Shown here: positions 42,001 to 54,800 of the stretch, piece by piece
How the letters are laid out: every line of letters begins with the position of its first letter
Numbering within the stretch: position 1 is the first letter of the stretch
The notes under the pieces: model-generated
Databases searched by the model: none
Seen by the model: only the letters and a program-made list of their open reading frames with translations
What the model was told of the DNA's origin: nothing
From: Eledone cirrhosa
Taxonomy: Eukaryota
Direction of reading: 5' to 3'
Length of the DNA stretch: 64,000 bases
NCBI GenBank assembly: GCA_964016885.1
Contig: OZ024741.1
Location: forward strand, 21,204,001 to 21,268,000
Program-made: the position numbers and the translations under genes

Positions 42001-45000
42001 AGATGAGATGGAAGGAACTTTGGTTGGTCATGGGAGCCAGTCAGAATGTGAGAAGATGAGATGGAAGGAACTTTGGTTGGTCATGGGAGCCAGTCAGAAT
42101 GTGAGAAGATGAGATGGAAGGAACTTTGGTTGGTCATGGGAGCTAATCAGAATGTGAGAAGATGAGATGGAAGGAACTTTGGGTGGTCATGGGAGCCAGT
42201 CAGAATGTGAGAAGATGAGATGGAAGGAACTTTGGTTGGTCATGGGAGCCAGTCAGAATGTGAGAAGATGAGATGGAAGGAACTTTGGTTGGTCATGGGA
42301 GCCAGTCAAAATATGAGAAGATGAGATGGAAGGAACTTTGGTTGGTCATGGGAGCTAATCAGAATGTGAGAAGATGAGATGGAAGGAACTTTGGTTGGTC
42401 ATGGGAGCCAGTCAGAATGTGAGAAGATGAGATGGAAGGAACTTTGGTTGGTCATGGGAGCCAGTCAGAATGTGAGAAGATGAGATGGAAGGAACTTTGG
42501 TTGGTCATGGGAGCTAATCAGAATGTGAGAAGATGAGATGGAAGGAACTTTGGTTGGTCATGGGAGCCAGTCAGAATGTGAGAAGATGAGATGGAAGGAA
42601 CTTTGGTTGGTCATGGGAGCCAGTCAGAATGTGAGAAGATGAGATGGAAGGAACTTTGGTTGGTCATGGGAGCTAATCAGAATGTGAGAAGATGAGATGG
42701 AAGGAACTTTGATTGGTCATGGGAGCCAGTCAGAATGTGAGAAGATGAGATGGAAGAACTTTGGTTGGTCATGGGAGTTAATCAGAATGTGAGAAGATGA
42801 GATGGAAGGAACTTTGGTTGGTCATGGGAGCCAGTCAGAATGTGTGAAGATGAGAGGGAAGGAACTTTGGTTGGTCATGGGAGCCAGTCAGAATGTGAGA
42901 AGTTGAGATGGAAGGAACTTTGGTTGGTCATGGGAGCCAGTCAGAATGTGAGAAGTTGAGATGGAAGGAACTTTGGTTGGTCATGGGAGCCAGTCAGAAT
43001 GTGGGAAGATGAGATGGAAGGAACTTTGGTTGGTCATGGGAGCTAATCAGAATGTGGAAAGATGAGATGGAAGGAACTTTGGTTGGTCATGGGAGCCAGT
43101 CAGAATGTGAGAAGATGAGATGGAAGGAACTTTGGCTGGTCATGGGAGCCAGTCAGAATGTGAGAAGATGAGATGGAAGGAACTTTGGTTGGTCATGGGA
43201 GCCAGTCAGAATGTGAGAAGTTGAGATGGAAGGAACTTTGGTTGGTCATGGGAGCCAGACAGAATCTAAGAAGATGAGATGGAAGGAACTTTTGTTGGTC
43301 ATGGGAGCCAGTCAGAATCTGAGAAGATGAGATGGAAGGAACTTTTGTTGGTCATGGGAGCCAGTCAGAATGTGAGAAGTTGAGATGGAAGGAACTTTGG
43401 TTGGTCATGGGAGCCAGTCAGAATCTGAGAAGATGAGATGGAAGGAACTTTGGTTGGTCATGGGAGCCAGTCAGAATGTGAGAAGATGAGATGGAAGGAA
43501 CTTTGGTTGGTCATGGGAGCTAATCAGAATGTGAGAAGATGAGATGGAAGGAACTTTGGTTGGTCATGGGAGCCAGTCAGAATGTGAGAAGATGAGATGG
43601 AAGGAACTTTGGTTGGTCATGGGAGCTAATCAGAATGTGGGAAGATGAGATGGAAGGAACTTTGGTTGGTCATGGGAGCCAGTCAGAATGTGAGAAGTTG
43701 AGATGGAATGAACTTTGGTTGGTCATGGGAGCTAATCAGAATGTGAGAAGATGAGATGGGAGGAACTTTGGTTGGTCATGGGAGCCAGTCAGAATGTGAG
43801 AAGATGAGATGGAAGGAACTTTGGTTGGTCATGGGAGCCAGTCAGAATGTGAGAAGTTGAGATGGAAGGAACTTTGGTTGGTCATGGGAGCCAGTCAGAA
43901 TCTAAGAAGATGAGATGGAAGGAACTTTTGTTGGTCATGGGAGCCAGTCAGAATCTGAGAAGATGAGATGGAAGGAACTTTTGTTGGTCATGGGAGCCAG
44001 TCAGAATGTGAGAAGTTGAGATGGAAGGAACTTTGGTTGGTCATGGGAGCCAGTCAGAATCTGAGAAGATGAGATGGAAGGAACTTTGGTTGGTCATGGG
44101 AGCCAGTCAGAATGTGAGTAGATGAGATGGAAGGAACTTTGGTTGGTCATGGGAGCTAATCAGAATGTGAGAAGATGAGATGGAAGGAACTTTGGTTGGT
44201 CATGGGAGCTAATCAGAATGTGAGAAGTTGAGATGGAAGGAACTTTGGTTGGTCATGGGAGCTAATCAGAATGTGAGAAGATGAGATGGAAGGAACTTTG
44301 GTTGGTCATGGGAGCTAATCAGAATGTGGGAAGATGAGATGGAAGGAACTTTGGTTGATCATGGGAGCTAATCAGAATGTGAGAAGTTGAGATGGAAGGA
44401 ACTTTTGTTGGTCATGGGAGCCAGTCAGAATGTGAGAAGATGAGATTGAAGGAACTTTGGTTGGTCATGGGAGCCAGTCAGAATGTGGGAAGATGAGATG
44501 GAAGGAACTTTGGTTGGTCATGGGAGCCAGTCAGGATGTGAGAAGTTGAGATGGAAGGAACTTTTGTTGGTCATGGGAGCTAATCAGAATGTGAGAAGTT
44601 GAGATGGAAGGAACTTTGGTTGGTCATGGGAGCTAATCAGAATGTGAGAAGTTGAGATGGAAGGAACTTTTGTTGGTCATGGGAGCTAATCAGAATGTGA
44701 GAAGATGAGATGGAAGGAACTTTGGTTGGTCATGGGAGCTAATCAGAATGTGAGAAGATGAGATGGAAGGAACTTTGGTTGGTCATGGGAGCTAGTCAGA
44801 ATGTGAGAAGATGAGATGGAAGGAACTTTGGTTGGTCATGGGAGCCAGTTAGAATGTGAGAAGTTGAGATGGAAGGAACTTTGGTTGGTCATGGGAGCAA
44901 GTCAGAATGTGAGAAGATGAGATGGAAGGAACTTTGATTGGTCATGGGAGCTAATCAGAATGTGAGAAGATGAGATGGAAGGAACTTTGGTTGGTCATGG

Positions 45001-45899
45001 GAGCTAATCAGAATGTGAGAAGATGAGATGGAAGGAACTTTGGTTGGTCATGGGAGCCAGTCAGAATCTGAGAAGATGAGATGGAAGGAACTTTGGTTGG
45101 TCATGGGAGCTAATCAGAATGTGAGAAGATGAGATGGAAGGAACTTTGGTTGGTCATGGGAGCCAGTCAGAATCTGAGAAGTTGAGATGGAAGGAACTTT
45201 GGTTGGTCATGGGAGCTAATCAGAATGTGAGAAGATGAGATGGAAGGAACTTTGGTTGGTCATGGGAGCTAATCAGAATGTGAGAAGATGAGATGGAAGG
45301 AACTTTGGTTGGTCATGGGAGCTAATCAGAATGTGAGAAGATGAGATGGAAGGAACTTTGGTTGGTCATGGGAGCTAATCAGAATGTGAGAAGATGAGAT
45401 GGAAGGAACTTTGGTTGGTCATGGGAGCCAGTCAGAATCTGAGAAGTTGAGATGGAAGAAACTTTGGTTGGTCATGGGAGCTAATCAGAATGTGAGAAGA
45501 TGAGATGGAAGGAACTTTGGTTGGTCATGGGAGCTAATCAGAATGTGAGAAGATGAGATGGAAGGAACTTTGGTTGGTCATGGGAGCTAATCAGAATGTG
45601 AGAAGATGAGATGGAAGGAACTTTGGTTGGTCATGGGAGCTAATCAGAATGTGAGAAGATGAGATGGAAGGAACTTTGGTTGGTCATGGGAGCTAGTCAG
45701 AATGTGGGAAGATGAGATGGAAGGAACTTTGGTTGGTCATGGGAGCTAGTCAGAATGTGAGAAGATGACATGGAAGGAACTTTGGTTGGTCATGGGAGCT
45801 AATCAGAATGTGAGAAGATGAGATGGAAGGAACTTTGGTTGGTCATGGGAGCTAGTCAGAATGTGAGAAGATGAGATGGAACGAACTTTGGTTGGTCAT

Positions 45900-48800
45900 G
45901 GGAGCTAGTCAGAATGTGAGAAGATGAGATGGAAGGAACTTTGGTTGGTCATGGGAGCCAGTCAGAACGTGAGAAGATGAGATGGAAGGAACTTTGGTTG
46001 GTCATGGGAGCTAATCAGAATGTGAGAAGTTGAGATGGAAGGAACTTTGGTTGGTCATGGGAGCTAATCAGAATGTGAGAAGATGAGATGGAAGGAACTT
46101 TGGCTGGTCATGGGAGCTCGTCAGAATGTGAGAAGATGAGATGGAAGGAACTTTGGTTGGTCATGGGAGCTAATCAGAATGTGAGAAGATGAGATGGAAG
46201 GAACTTTGGTTGGTCATGGGAGCTCGTCAGAATGTGAGAAGATGAGATGGAAGGAATTTTGGTTGGTCATGGGAGCTCGTCAGAATGTGAGAAGATGAGA
46301 TGGAAGGAATTTTGGTTGGTCATGGGAGCTAATCAGAATGTGAGAAGATGAGATGGAAGGAACTTTGGTTGGTCATGGGAGCTAGTCAGAATGTGAGAAG
46401 ATGAGATGGAAGGAACTTTTGTTGGTCATGGGAGCCAGTCAAAATGTGAGAAGTTGAGATGGAAGGAACTTTTGTTGGTCATGGGAGCCAGTCAGAATGT
46501 GAGAAGTTGAGATGGAGGGAACTTTTGTTGGTCATGGGAGCTAATCAGAATGTGAGAAGTTGAGATGGAAGGAACTTTGGTTGGTCATGGGAGCTAATCA
46601 GAATGTGAGAAGTTGAGATGGAAGGAACTTTGGTTGGTCATGGGAGCTAATCAGAATGTGAGAAGATGAGATGTAAGGAACTTTGGTTGGTCATGGGAGC
46701 TAATCAGAATGTGGGAAGATGAGATGGAAGGAACTTTGGTTGGTCATGGGAGCTAATCAGAATGTGAGAAGTTGAGATGGAAGGAACTTTTGTTGGTCAT
46801 GGGAGCCAGTCAGAATGTGAGAAGATGAGATTGAAGGAACTTTGGTTGGTCATGGGAGCCAGTCAGAATGTGGGAAGATGAGATGGAAGGAACTTTGGTT
46901 GGTCATGGGAGCCAGTCAGGATGTGAGAAGTTGAGATGGAAGGAACTTTTGTTGGTCATGGGAGCTAATCAGAATGTGAGAAGTTGAGATGGAAGGAACT
47001 TTGGTTGGTCATGGGAGCTAATCAGAATGTGAGAAGTTGAGATGGAAGGAACTTTTGTTGGTCATGGGAGCTAATCAGAATGTGAGAAGTTGAGATGGAA
47101 GGAACTTTGGTTGGTCATGGGAGCTAATCAGAATGTGAAAAGTTGAGATGGAAGGAACTTTGGTTGGTCATGGGAGCTAATCAGAATGTGAGAAGATGAG
47201 ATGGAAGGAACTTTGGTTGGTCATGGGAGCTAATCAGAATGTGAGAAGATGAGATGGAAGGAACTTTGGTTGGTCATGGGAGCTAATCAGAATGTGAGAA
47301 GATGAGATGGAAGGAACTTTGGTTGGTCATGGGAGCTAATCAGAATGTGAGAAGTTGAGATGGAAGGAACTTTTGTTGGTCATGGGAGCCAGTCAGAATG
47401 TGAGAAGTTGAGATGGAAGGAACTTTTGTTGGTCATGGGAGCTAATCAGAATGTGAGAAGTTGAGATGGAAGGAACTTTGGTTGGTCATGGGAGCTAATC
47501 AGAATGTGAGAAGTTGAGATGGAAGGAACTTTTGTTGGTCATGGGAGCTAATCAGAATGTGAGAAGATGAGATGGAAGGAACTTTGGTTGGTCATGGGAG
47601 CTAATCAGAATGTGAGAAGATGAGATGGAAGGAACTTTGGTTGGTCATGGGAGCTAGTCAGAATGTGAGAAGATGAGATGGAAGGAACTTTGGTTGGTCA
47701 TGGGAACTAATCAGAATGTGTGAAGATGAGATGGAAGGAACTTTGGTTGGTCATGGGAGCTAGTCAGAATGTGAGAAGTTGAGATGGAAGGAACTTTGGT
47801 TGGTCATGGGAGCTAATCAGAATGTGAGAAGATGAGATTGTAGGAACTTTGGTTGGTCATGGGAGCCAGTCAGAATGTGAGAAGATGAGATGGAAGGAAC
47901 TTTGGTTGGTCATGGGAGCTAGTCAGAATGTGAGAAGTTGAGATGGAAAGAACTTTGGTTGGTCATGGGAGCTAATCAGAATGTGAGAAGTTGAGATGGA
48001 AGGAACTTTGGTTGAGCATGGGAGCTAATCAGAATGTGAGAAGTTGAGATGGAAGGAACTTTTGTTGGTCATGGGAGCTAATCAGAATATGAGAAGTTGA
48101 GATGGAAGGAACTTTGGTTGGTCATGGGAGCTAATCAGAATGTGAGAAGTTGAGATGGAAGGAACTTTGGTTGGTCATGGGAGCTAATCAGAATGTGAGA
48201 AGATGAGATGTAAGGAACTTTTGTTGGTCATGGGAGCCAGTCAGAATGTGAGAAGTTGAGATGGAAGGAACTTTTGTTGGTCATGGGAGCTAATCAGAAT
48301 GTGAGAAGTTGAGATGGAAGGAACTTTTGTTGGTCATGGGAGCCAGTCAGAATGTGAGAAGTTGAGATGGAAGGAACTTTTGTTGGTCATGGGAGCTAAT
48401 CAGAATGTGAGAATTAGAGATGGAAGGAACTTTTGTTGGTCATGGGAGCCAGTCAGAATGTGAGAAGTTGAGATGGAAGGAACTTTGGTTGGTCATGGGA
48501 GCTAATCAGAATGTCAGAAGTTGAGATGGAAGGAACTTTGGTTGGTCATGGGAGCTAGTCAGAATGTGAGAAGATGAGATGGAAGGAACTTTGGTTGGTC
48601 ATGGGAGCCAGTCAGAACGTGAGAAGATGAGATGGAAGGAACTTTGGTTGGTCATGGGAGCTAATCAGAATGTGAGAAGTTGAGATGGAAGGAACTTTGG
48701 TTGGTCATGGGAGCTAATCAGAATGTGAGAAGATGAGATGGAAGGAACTTTGGCTGGTCATGGGAGCTCGTCAGAATGTGAGAAGATGAGATGGAAGGAA

Positions 48801-51800
48801 CTTTGGTTGGTCATGGGAGCTAATCAGAATGTGAGAAGATGAGATGGAAGGAACTTTGGTTGGTCATGGGAGCTCGTCAGAATGTGAGAAGATGAGATGG
48901 AAGGAATTTTGGTTGGTCATGGGAGCTCGTCAGAATGTGAGAAGATGAGATGGAAGGAATTTTGGTTGGTCATGGGAGCTAATCAGAATGTGAGAAGATG
49001 AGATGGAAGGAACTTTGGTTGGTCATGGGAGCTAGTCAGAATGTGAGAAGATGAGATGGAAGGAACTTTTGTTGGTCATGGGAGCCAGTCAAAATGTGAG
49101 AAGTTGAGATGGAAGGAACTTTTGTTGGTCATGGGAGCCAGTCAGAATGTGAGAAGTTGAGATGGAGGGAACTTTTGTTGGTCATGGGAGCTAATCAGAA
49201 TGTGAGAAGTTGAGATGGAAGGAACTTTGGTTGGTCATGGGAGCTAATCAGAATGTGAGAAGTTGAGATGGAAGGAACTTTGGTTGGTCATGGGAGCTAA
49301 TCAGAATGTGAGAAGATGAGATGTAAGGAACTTTGGTTGGTCATGGGAGCTAATCAGAATGTGGGAAGATGAGATGGAAGGAACTTTGGTTGGTCATGGG
49401 AGCTAATCAGAATGTGAGAAGTTGAGATGGAAGGAACTTTTGTTGGTCATGGGAGCCAGTCAGAATGTGAGAAGATGAGATTGAAGGAACTTTGGTTGGT
49501 CATGGGAGCCAGTCAGAATGTGGGAAGATGAGATAGAAGGAACTTTGGTTGGTCATGGGAGCCAGTCAGGATGTGAGAAGTTGAGATGGAAGGAACTTTT
49601 GTTGGTCATGGGAGCTAATCAGAATGTGAGAAGTTGAGATGGAAGGAACTTTGGTTGGTCATGGGAGCTAATCAGAATGTGAGAAGTTGAGATGGAAGGA
49701 ACTTTTGTTGGTCATGGGAGCCAGTCAGAATGTGAGAAGTTGAGATGGAAGGAACTTTTGTTGGTCATGGGAGCTAATCAGAATGTGAGAAGTTGAGATG
49801 GAAGGAACTTTGGTTGGTCATGGGAGCTAATCAGAATGTGAGAAGTTGAGATGGAAGGAACTTTTGTTGGTCATGGGAGCTAATCAGAATGTGAGAAGAT
49901 GAGATGGAAGGAACTTTGGTTGGTCATGGGAGCTAATCAGAATGTGAGAAGATGAGATGGAAGGAACTTTGGTTGGTCATGGGAGCTAGTCAGAATGTGA
50001 GAAGATGAGATGGAAGGAACTTTGGTTGGTCATGGGAACTAATCAGAATGTGTGAAGATGAGATGGAAGGAACTTTGGTTGGTCATGGGAGCTAGTCAGA
50101 ATGTGAGAAGTTGAGATGGAAGGAACTTTGGTTGGTCATGGGAGCTAATCAGAATGTGGGAAGATGAGATGGAAGGAACTTTGGTTGGTCATGGGAGCTA
50201 ATCAGAATGTGAGAAGTTGAGATGGAAGGAACTTTTGTTGGTCATGGGAGCCAGTCAGAATGTGAGAAGATGAGATTGAAGGAACTTTGGTTGGTCATGG
50301 GAGCCAGTCAGAATGTGGGAAGATGAGATAGAAGGAACTTTGGTTGGTCATGGGAGCCAGTCAGGATGTGAGAAGTTGAGATGGAAGGAACTTTTGTTGG
50401 TCATGGGAGCTAATCAGAATGTGAGAAGTTGAGATGGAAGGAACTTTGGTTGGTCATGGGAGCTAATCAGAATGTGAGAAGTTGAGATGGAAGGAACTTT
50501 TGTTGGTCATGGGAGCCAGTCAGAATGTGAGAAGTTGAGATGGAAGGAACTTTTGTTGGTCATGGGAGCTAATCAGAATGTGAGAAGTTGAGATGGAAGG
50601 AACTTTGGTTGGTCATGGGAGCTAATCAGAATGTGAGAAGTTGAGATGGAAGGAACTTTTGTTGGTCATGGGAGCTAATCAGAATGTGAGAAGATGAGAT
50701 GGAAGGAACTTTGGTTGGTCATGGGAGCTAATCAGAATGTGAGAAGATGAGATGGAAGGAACTTTGGTTGGTCATGGGAGCTAGTCAGAATGTGAGAAGA
50801 TGAGATGGAAGGAACTTTGGTTGGTCATGGGAACTAATCAGAATGTGTGAAGATGAGATGGAAGGAACTTTGGTTGGTCATGGGAGCTAGTCAGAATGTG
50901 AGAAGTTGAGATGGAAGGAACTTTGGTTGGTCATGGGAGCTAATCAGAATGTGAGAAGATGAGATTGTAGGAACTTTGGTTGGTCATGGGAGCCAGTCAG
51001 AATGTGAGAAGATGAGATGGAAGGAACTTTGGTTGGTCATGGGAGCTAGTCAGAATGTGAGAAGTTGAGATGGAAAGAACTTTGGTTGGTCATGGGAGCT
51101 AATCAGAATGTGAGAAGTTGAGATGGAAGGAACTTTGGTTGAGCATGGGAGCTAATCAGAATGTGAGAAGTTGAGATGGAAGGAACTTTTGTTGGTCATG
51201 GGAGCTAATCAGAATATGAGAAGTTGAGATGGAAGGAACTTTGGTTGGTCATGGGAGCTAATCAGAATGTGAGAAGTTGAGATGGAAGGAACTTTGGTTG
51301 GTCATGGGAGCTAATCAGAATGTGAGAAGATGAGATGTAAGGAACTTTTGTTGGTCATGGGAGCCAGTCAGAATGTGAGAAGTTGAGATGGAAGGAACTT
51401 TTGTTGGTCATGGGAGCTAATCAGAATGTGAGAAGTTGAGATGGAAGGAACTTTTGTTGGTCATGGGAGCCAGTCAGAATGTGAGAAGTTGAGATGGAAG
51501 GAACTTTTGTTGGTCATGGGAGCTAATCAGAATGTGAGAATTAGAGATGGAAGGAACTTTTGTTGGTCATGGGAGCCAGTCAGAATGTGAGAAGTTGAGA
51601 TGGAAGGAACTTTGGTTGGTCATGGGAGCTAATCAGAATGTCAGAAGTTGAGATGGAAGGAACTTTGGTTGGTCATGGGAGCTAGTCAGAATGTGAGAAG
51701 ATGAGATGGAAGGAACTTTGGTTGGTCATGGGAGCCAGTCAGAACGTGAGAAGATGAGATGGAAGGAACTTTGGTTGGTCATGGGAGCTAATCAGAATGT
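45900..51800. repeat. 50-to-59-monomer tandem duplication containing an internal 15-monomer duplication
   Basis: CAGAACGTG at 45968/48618/51745 (offsets 2650, 3127); GGAGGGAAC 46511/49161 (2650); GTTGAGCATG 48011/51138 (3127); GATAGAAGG 49535/50330 (795). Confidence 0.87.
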
Positions 51801-51879
51801 GAGAAGATGAGATGGAAGGAACTTTGGTTGGTCATGGGAGCTAATCAGAATGTGAGAAGTTGAGATGGAAGGAACTTTG

Positions 51880-54800
51880 GTTGGTCATGGGAGCTAATTA
51901 GAATGTGGGAAGATGAGAGGGAAGGAACTTTGGTTGGTCAGGGGAACTAATCAGAATGTGAGAAGTTGAGATGGAAGGAACTTTTGTTGGTCATGGGAGC
52001 CAGTCAGAATGTGAGAAGATGAGATTGAAGGAACTTTGGTTGGTCATGGGAGCCAGTCAGAATGTGGGAAGATGAGATGGAAGGAACTTTGGTTGGTCAT
52101 GGGAGCCAGTATGGATGTGAGAAGTTGAGATGGAAGGAACTGTTGTTGGTCATGGGAGCTAATCAGAATGTGAGAAGTTGAGATGGAAGGAACTTTGGTT
52201 GGTCATGGGAGCAAATCAGAATGTGAGAAGTTGAGATGGAAGGAACTTTTGTTGGTCATGGGAGCTAATCAGAATGTGAGAAGTTGAGATGGAAGGAACT
52301 TTGGTTGGTCATGGGAGCTAATCAGCATGTGAGAAGTTGAGATGGAAGGAACTTTTGTTGGTCATGGGAGCTAATCAGAATGTGAGAAGATGAGATGGAA
52401 GGAACTTTGGTTGGTCATGGGAGCTAATCAGAATGTGAGAAGATGAGATGGGAGGAACTTTGGTTGGTCATGGGAGCTAATCAGAATGTGAGAAGTTGAG
52501 ATGGAAGGAACTTTGGTTGGTCATGGGAGCTAATCAGAATGTGAGAAGTTGAGATGGAAGGAACTTTTGTTGGTCATGGGAGCTAATCAGAATGTGAGAA
52601 GATGAGATGGAAGGAACTTTGGTTGGTCATGGGAGCTAATCAGAATGTGAGAAGATGAGATGGAAGGAACTTTGGTTGGTCATGGGAGCTAGTCAGAATG
52701 TGAGAAGATGAGATGGAAGGAACTTTGGTTGGTCATGGGAGCTAATCAGAATGTGAGAAGATGAGATGGAAGGAACTTTGGTTGGTCATGGGAGCTAGTC
52801 AGAATGTGAGAAGTTGAGATGGAAGGAACTTTGGTTGGTCATGGGAGCTAATCAGAATGTGAGAAGATGAGATGGAAGGAACTTTGGTTGGTCATGGGAG
52901 CCAGTCAGAATGTGAGAAGATGAGATGGAAGGAACTTTGGTTGGTCATGGGAGCTAGTCAGAATGTGAGAAGTTGAGATGGAAGGAACTTTGGTTGGTCA
53001 TGGGAGCTAATCAGAATGTGAGAAGTTGAGATGGAAGGAACTTTGGTTGGTCATGAGAGCTAATCAGAATGTGAGAAGTTGAGATGGAAGGAACTTTTGT
53101 TGGTCATGGGAGCTAATCAGAATGTGAGAAGTTGAGATGGAAGGAACTTTGGTTGGTCATGGGAGCTAATCAGAATGTGAGAAGTTGAGATGGAAGGAAC
53201 TTTGGTTGGTCATGGGAGCTAATCAGAATGTGAGAAGATGAGATGTAAGGAACTTTTGTTGGTCATGGGAGCCAGTCAGAATGTGAGAAGTTGAGATGGA
53301 AGGAACTTTTGTTGGTCATGGGAGCTAATCAGAATGTGAGAAGTTGAGATGGAAGGAACTTTTGTTGGTCATGGGAGCCAGTCAGAATGTGAGAAGTTGA
53401 GATGGAAGGAACTTTTGTTGGTCATGGGAGCTAATCAGAATGTGAGAAGTTGAGATGGAAGGAACTTTTGTTGGTCATGGGAGCCAGTCAGAATGTGAGA
53501 AATTGAGATGGAAGGAACTTTTGTTGGTCATGGGAGCTAATCAGAATGTGAGAAGTTGAGATGGAAGGAACTTTGGTTGGTCATGGGAGCTAATCAGAAT
53601 GTGAGAAGATGAGATGGAAGGAACTTTGGTTGGTCATGGGAGCCAGTCAGAATCTGAGAAGATGAGATGGAAGGAACTTTGGTTGGTCATGGGAGCTAAT
53701 CAGAATGTGAAAAGATGAGATGGAAGGAACTTTGGTTGGTCATGGGAGCCAGTCAGAATCTGAGAAGTTGAGATGGAAGGAACTTTGGTTGGTCATGGGA
53801 GCTAATCAGAATGTGAGAAGATGAGATGGAAGGAACTTTGGTTGGTCATGGGAGCTAATCAGAATGTGAGAAGATGAGATGGAAGGAACTTTGGTTGGTC
53901 ATGGGAGCTAATCAGAATGTGAGAAGATGAGATGGAAGGAACTTTGGTTGGTCATGGGAGCTAATCAGAATGTGAGAAGATGAGATGGAAGGAACTTTGG
54001 TTGCTCATGGGAGCCAGTCAGAATCTGAGAAGTTGAGATGGAAGAAACTTTGGTTGGTCATGGAAGCTAATCAGAATGTGAGAAGATGAGATGGAAGGAA
54101 CTTTGGTTGGTCATGGGAGCTAATCAGAATGTGAGAAGATGAGATGGAAGGAACTTTGGTTGGTCATGGGAGCTAATCAGAATGTGAGAAGATGAGATGG
54201 AAGGAACTTTGGTTGGTCATGGGAGCTAATCAGAATGTGAGAAGATGAGATGGAAGGAACTTTGGTTGGTCATGGGAGCTAGTCAGAATGTGGGAAGATG
54301 AGATGGAAGGAACTTTGGTTGGTCATGGGAGCTAGTCAGAATGTGAGAAGATGAGATGGAAGGAACTTTGGTTGGTCATGGGAGCTCGTCAGAATGTGAG
54401 AAGATGAGATGGAAGGAACTTTGGTTGGTCATGGGAGCTAATCAGAATGTGAGAAGATGAGATGGAAGGAACTTTGGTTGGTCATGGGAGCTAATCAGAA
54501 TGTGAGAAGATGAGATGTAAGGAACTTTGGTTGGTCATGGGAGCTAATTAGAATGTGGGAAGATGAGAGGGAAGGAACTTTGGTTGGTCAGGGGAACTAA
54601 TCAGAATGTGAGAAGTTGAGATGGAAGGAACTTTTGTTGGTCATGGGAGCCAGTCAGAATGTGAGAAGATGAGATTGAAGGAACTTTGGTTGGTCATGGG
54701 AGCCAGTCAGAATGTGGGAAGATGAGATGGAAGGAACTTTGGTTGATCATGGGAGCCAGTATGGATGTGAGAAGTTGAGATGGAAGGAACTGTTGTTGGT

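Noticed and set aside
1-44200. Giant repetitive ORF under a TGA-recoding genetic code (the CCAGT consensus has only TGA stops)
   Set aside because: This follows trivially from the lack of TpA. The frequent CTAAT/CTAGT/TAAG variants introduce TAA/TAG, and single-monomer gains or losses and 1-bp deletions shift frame freely.
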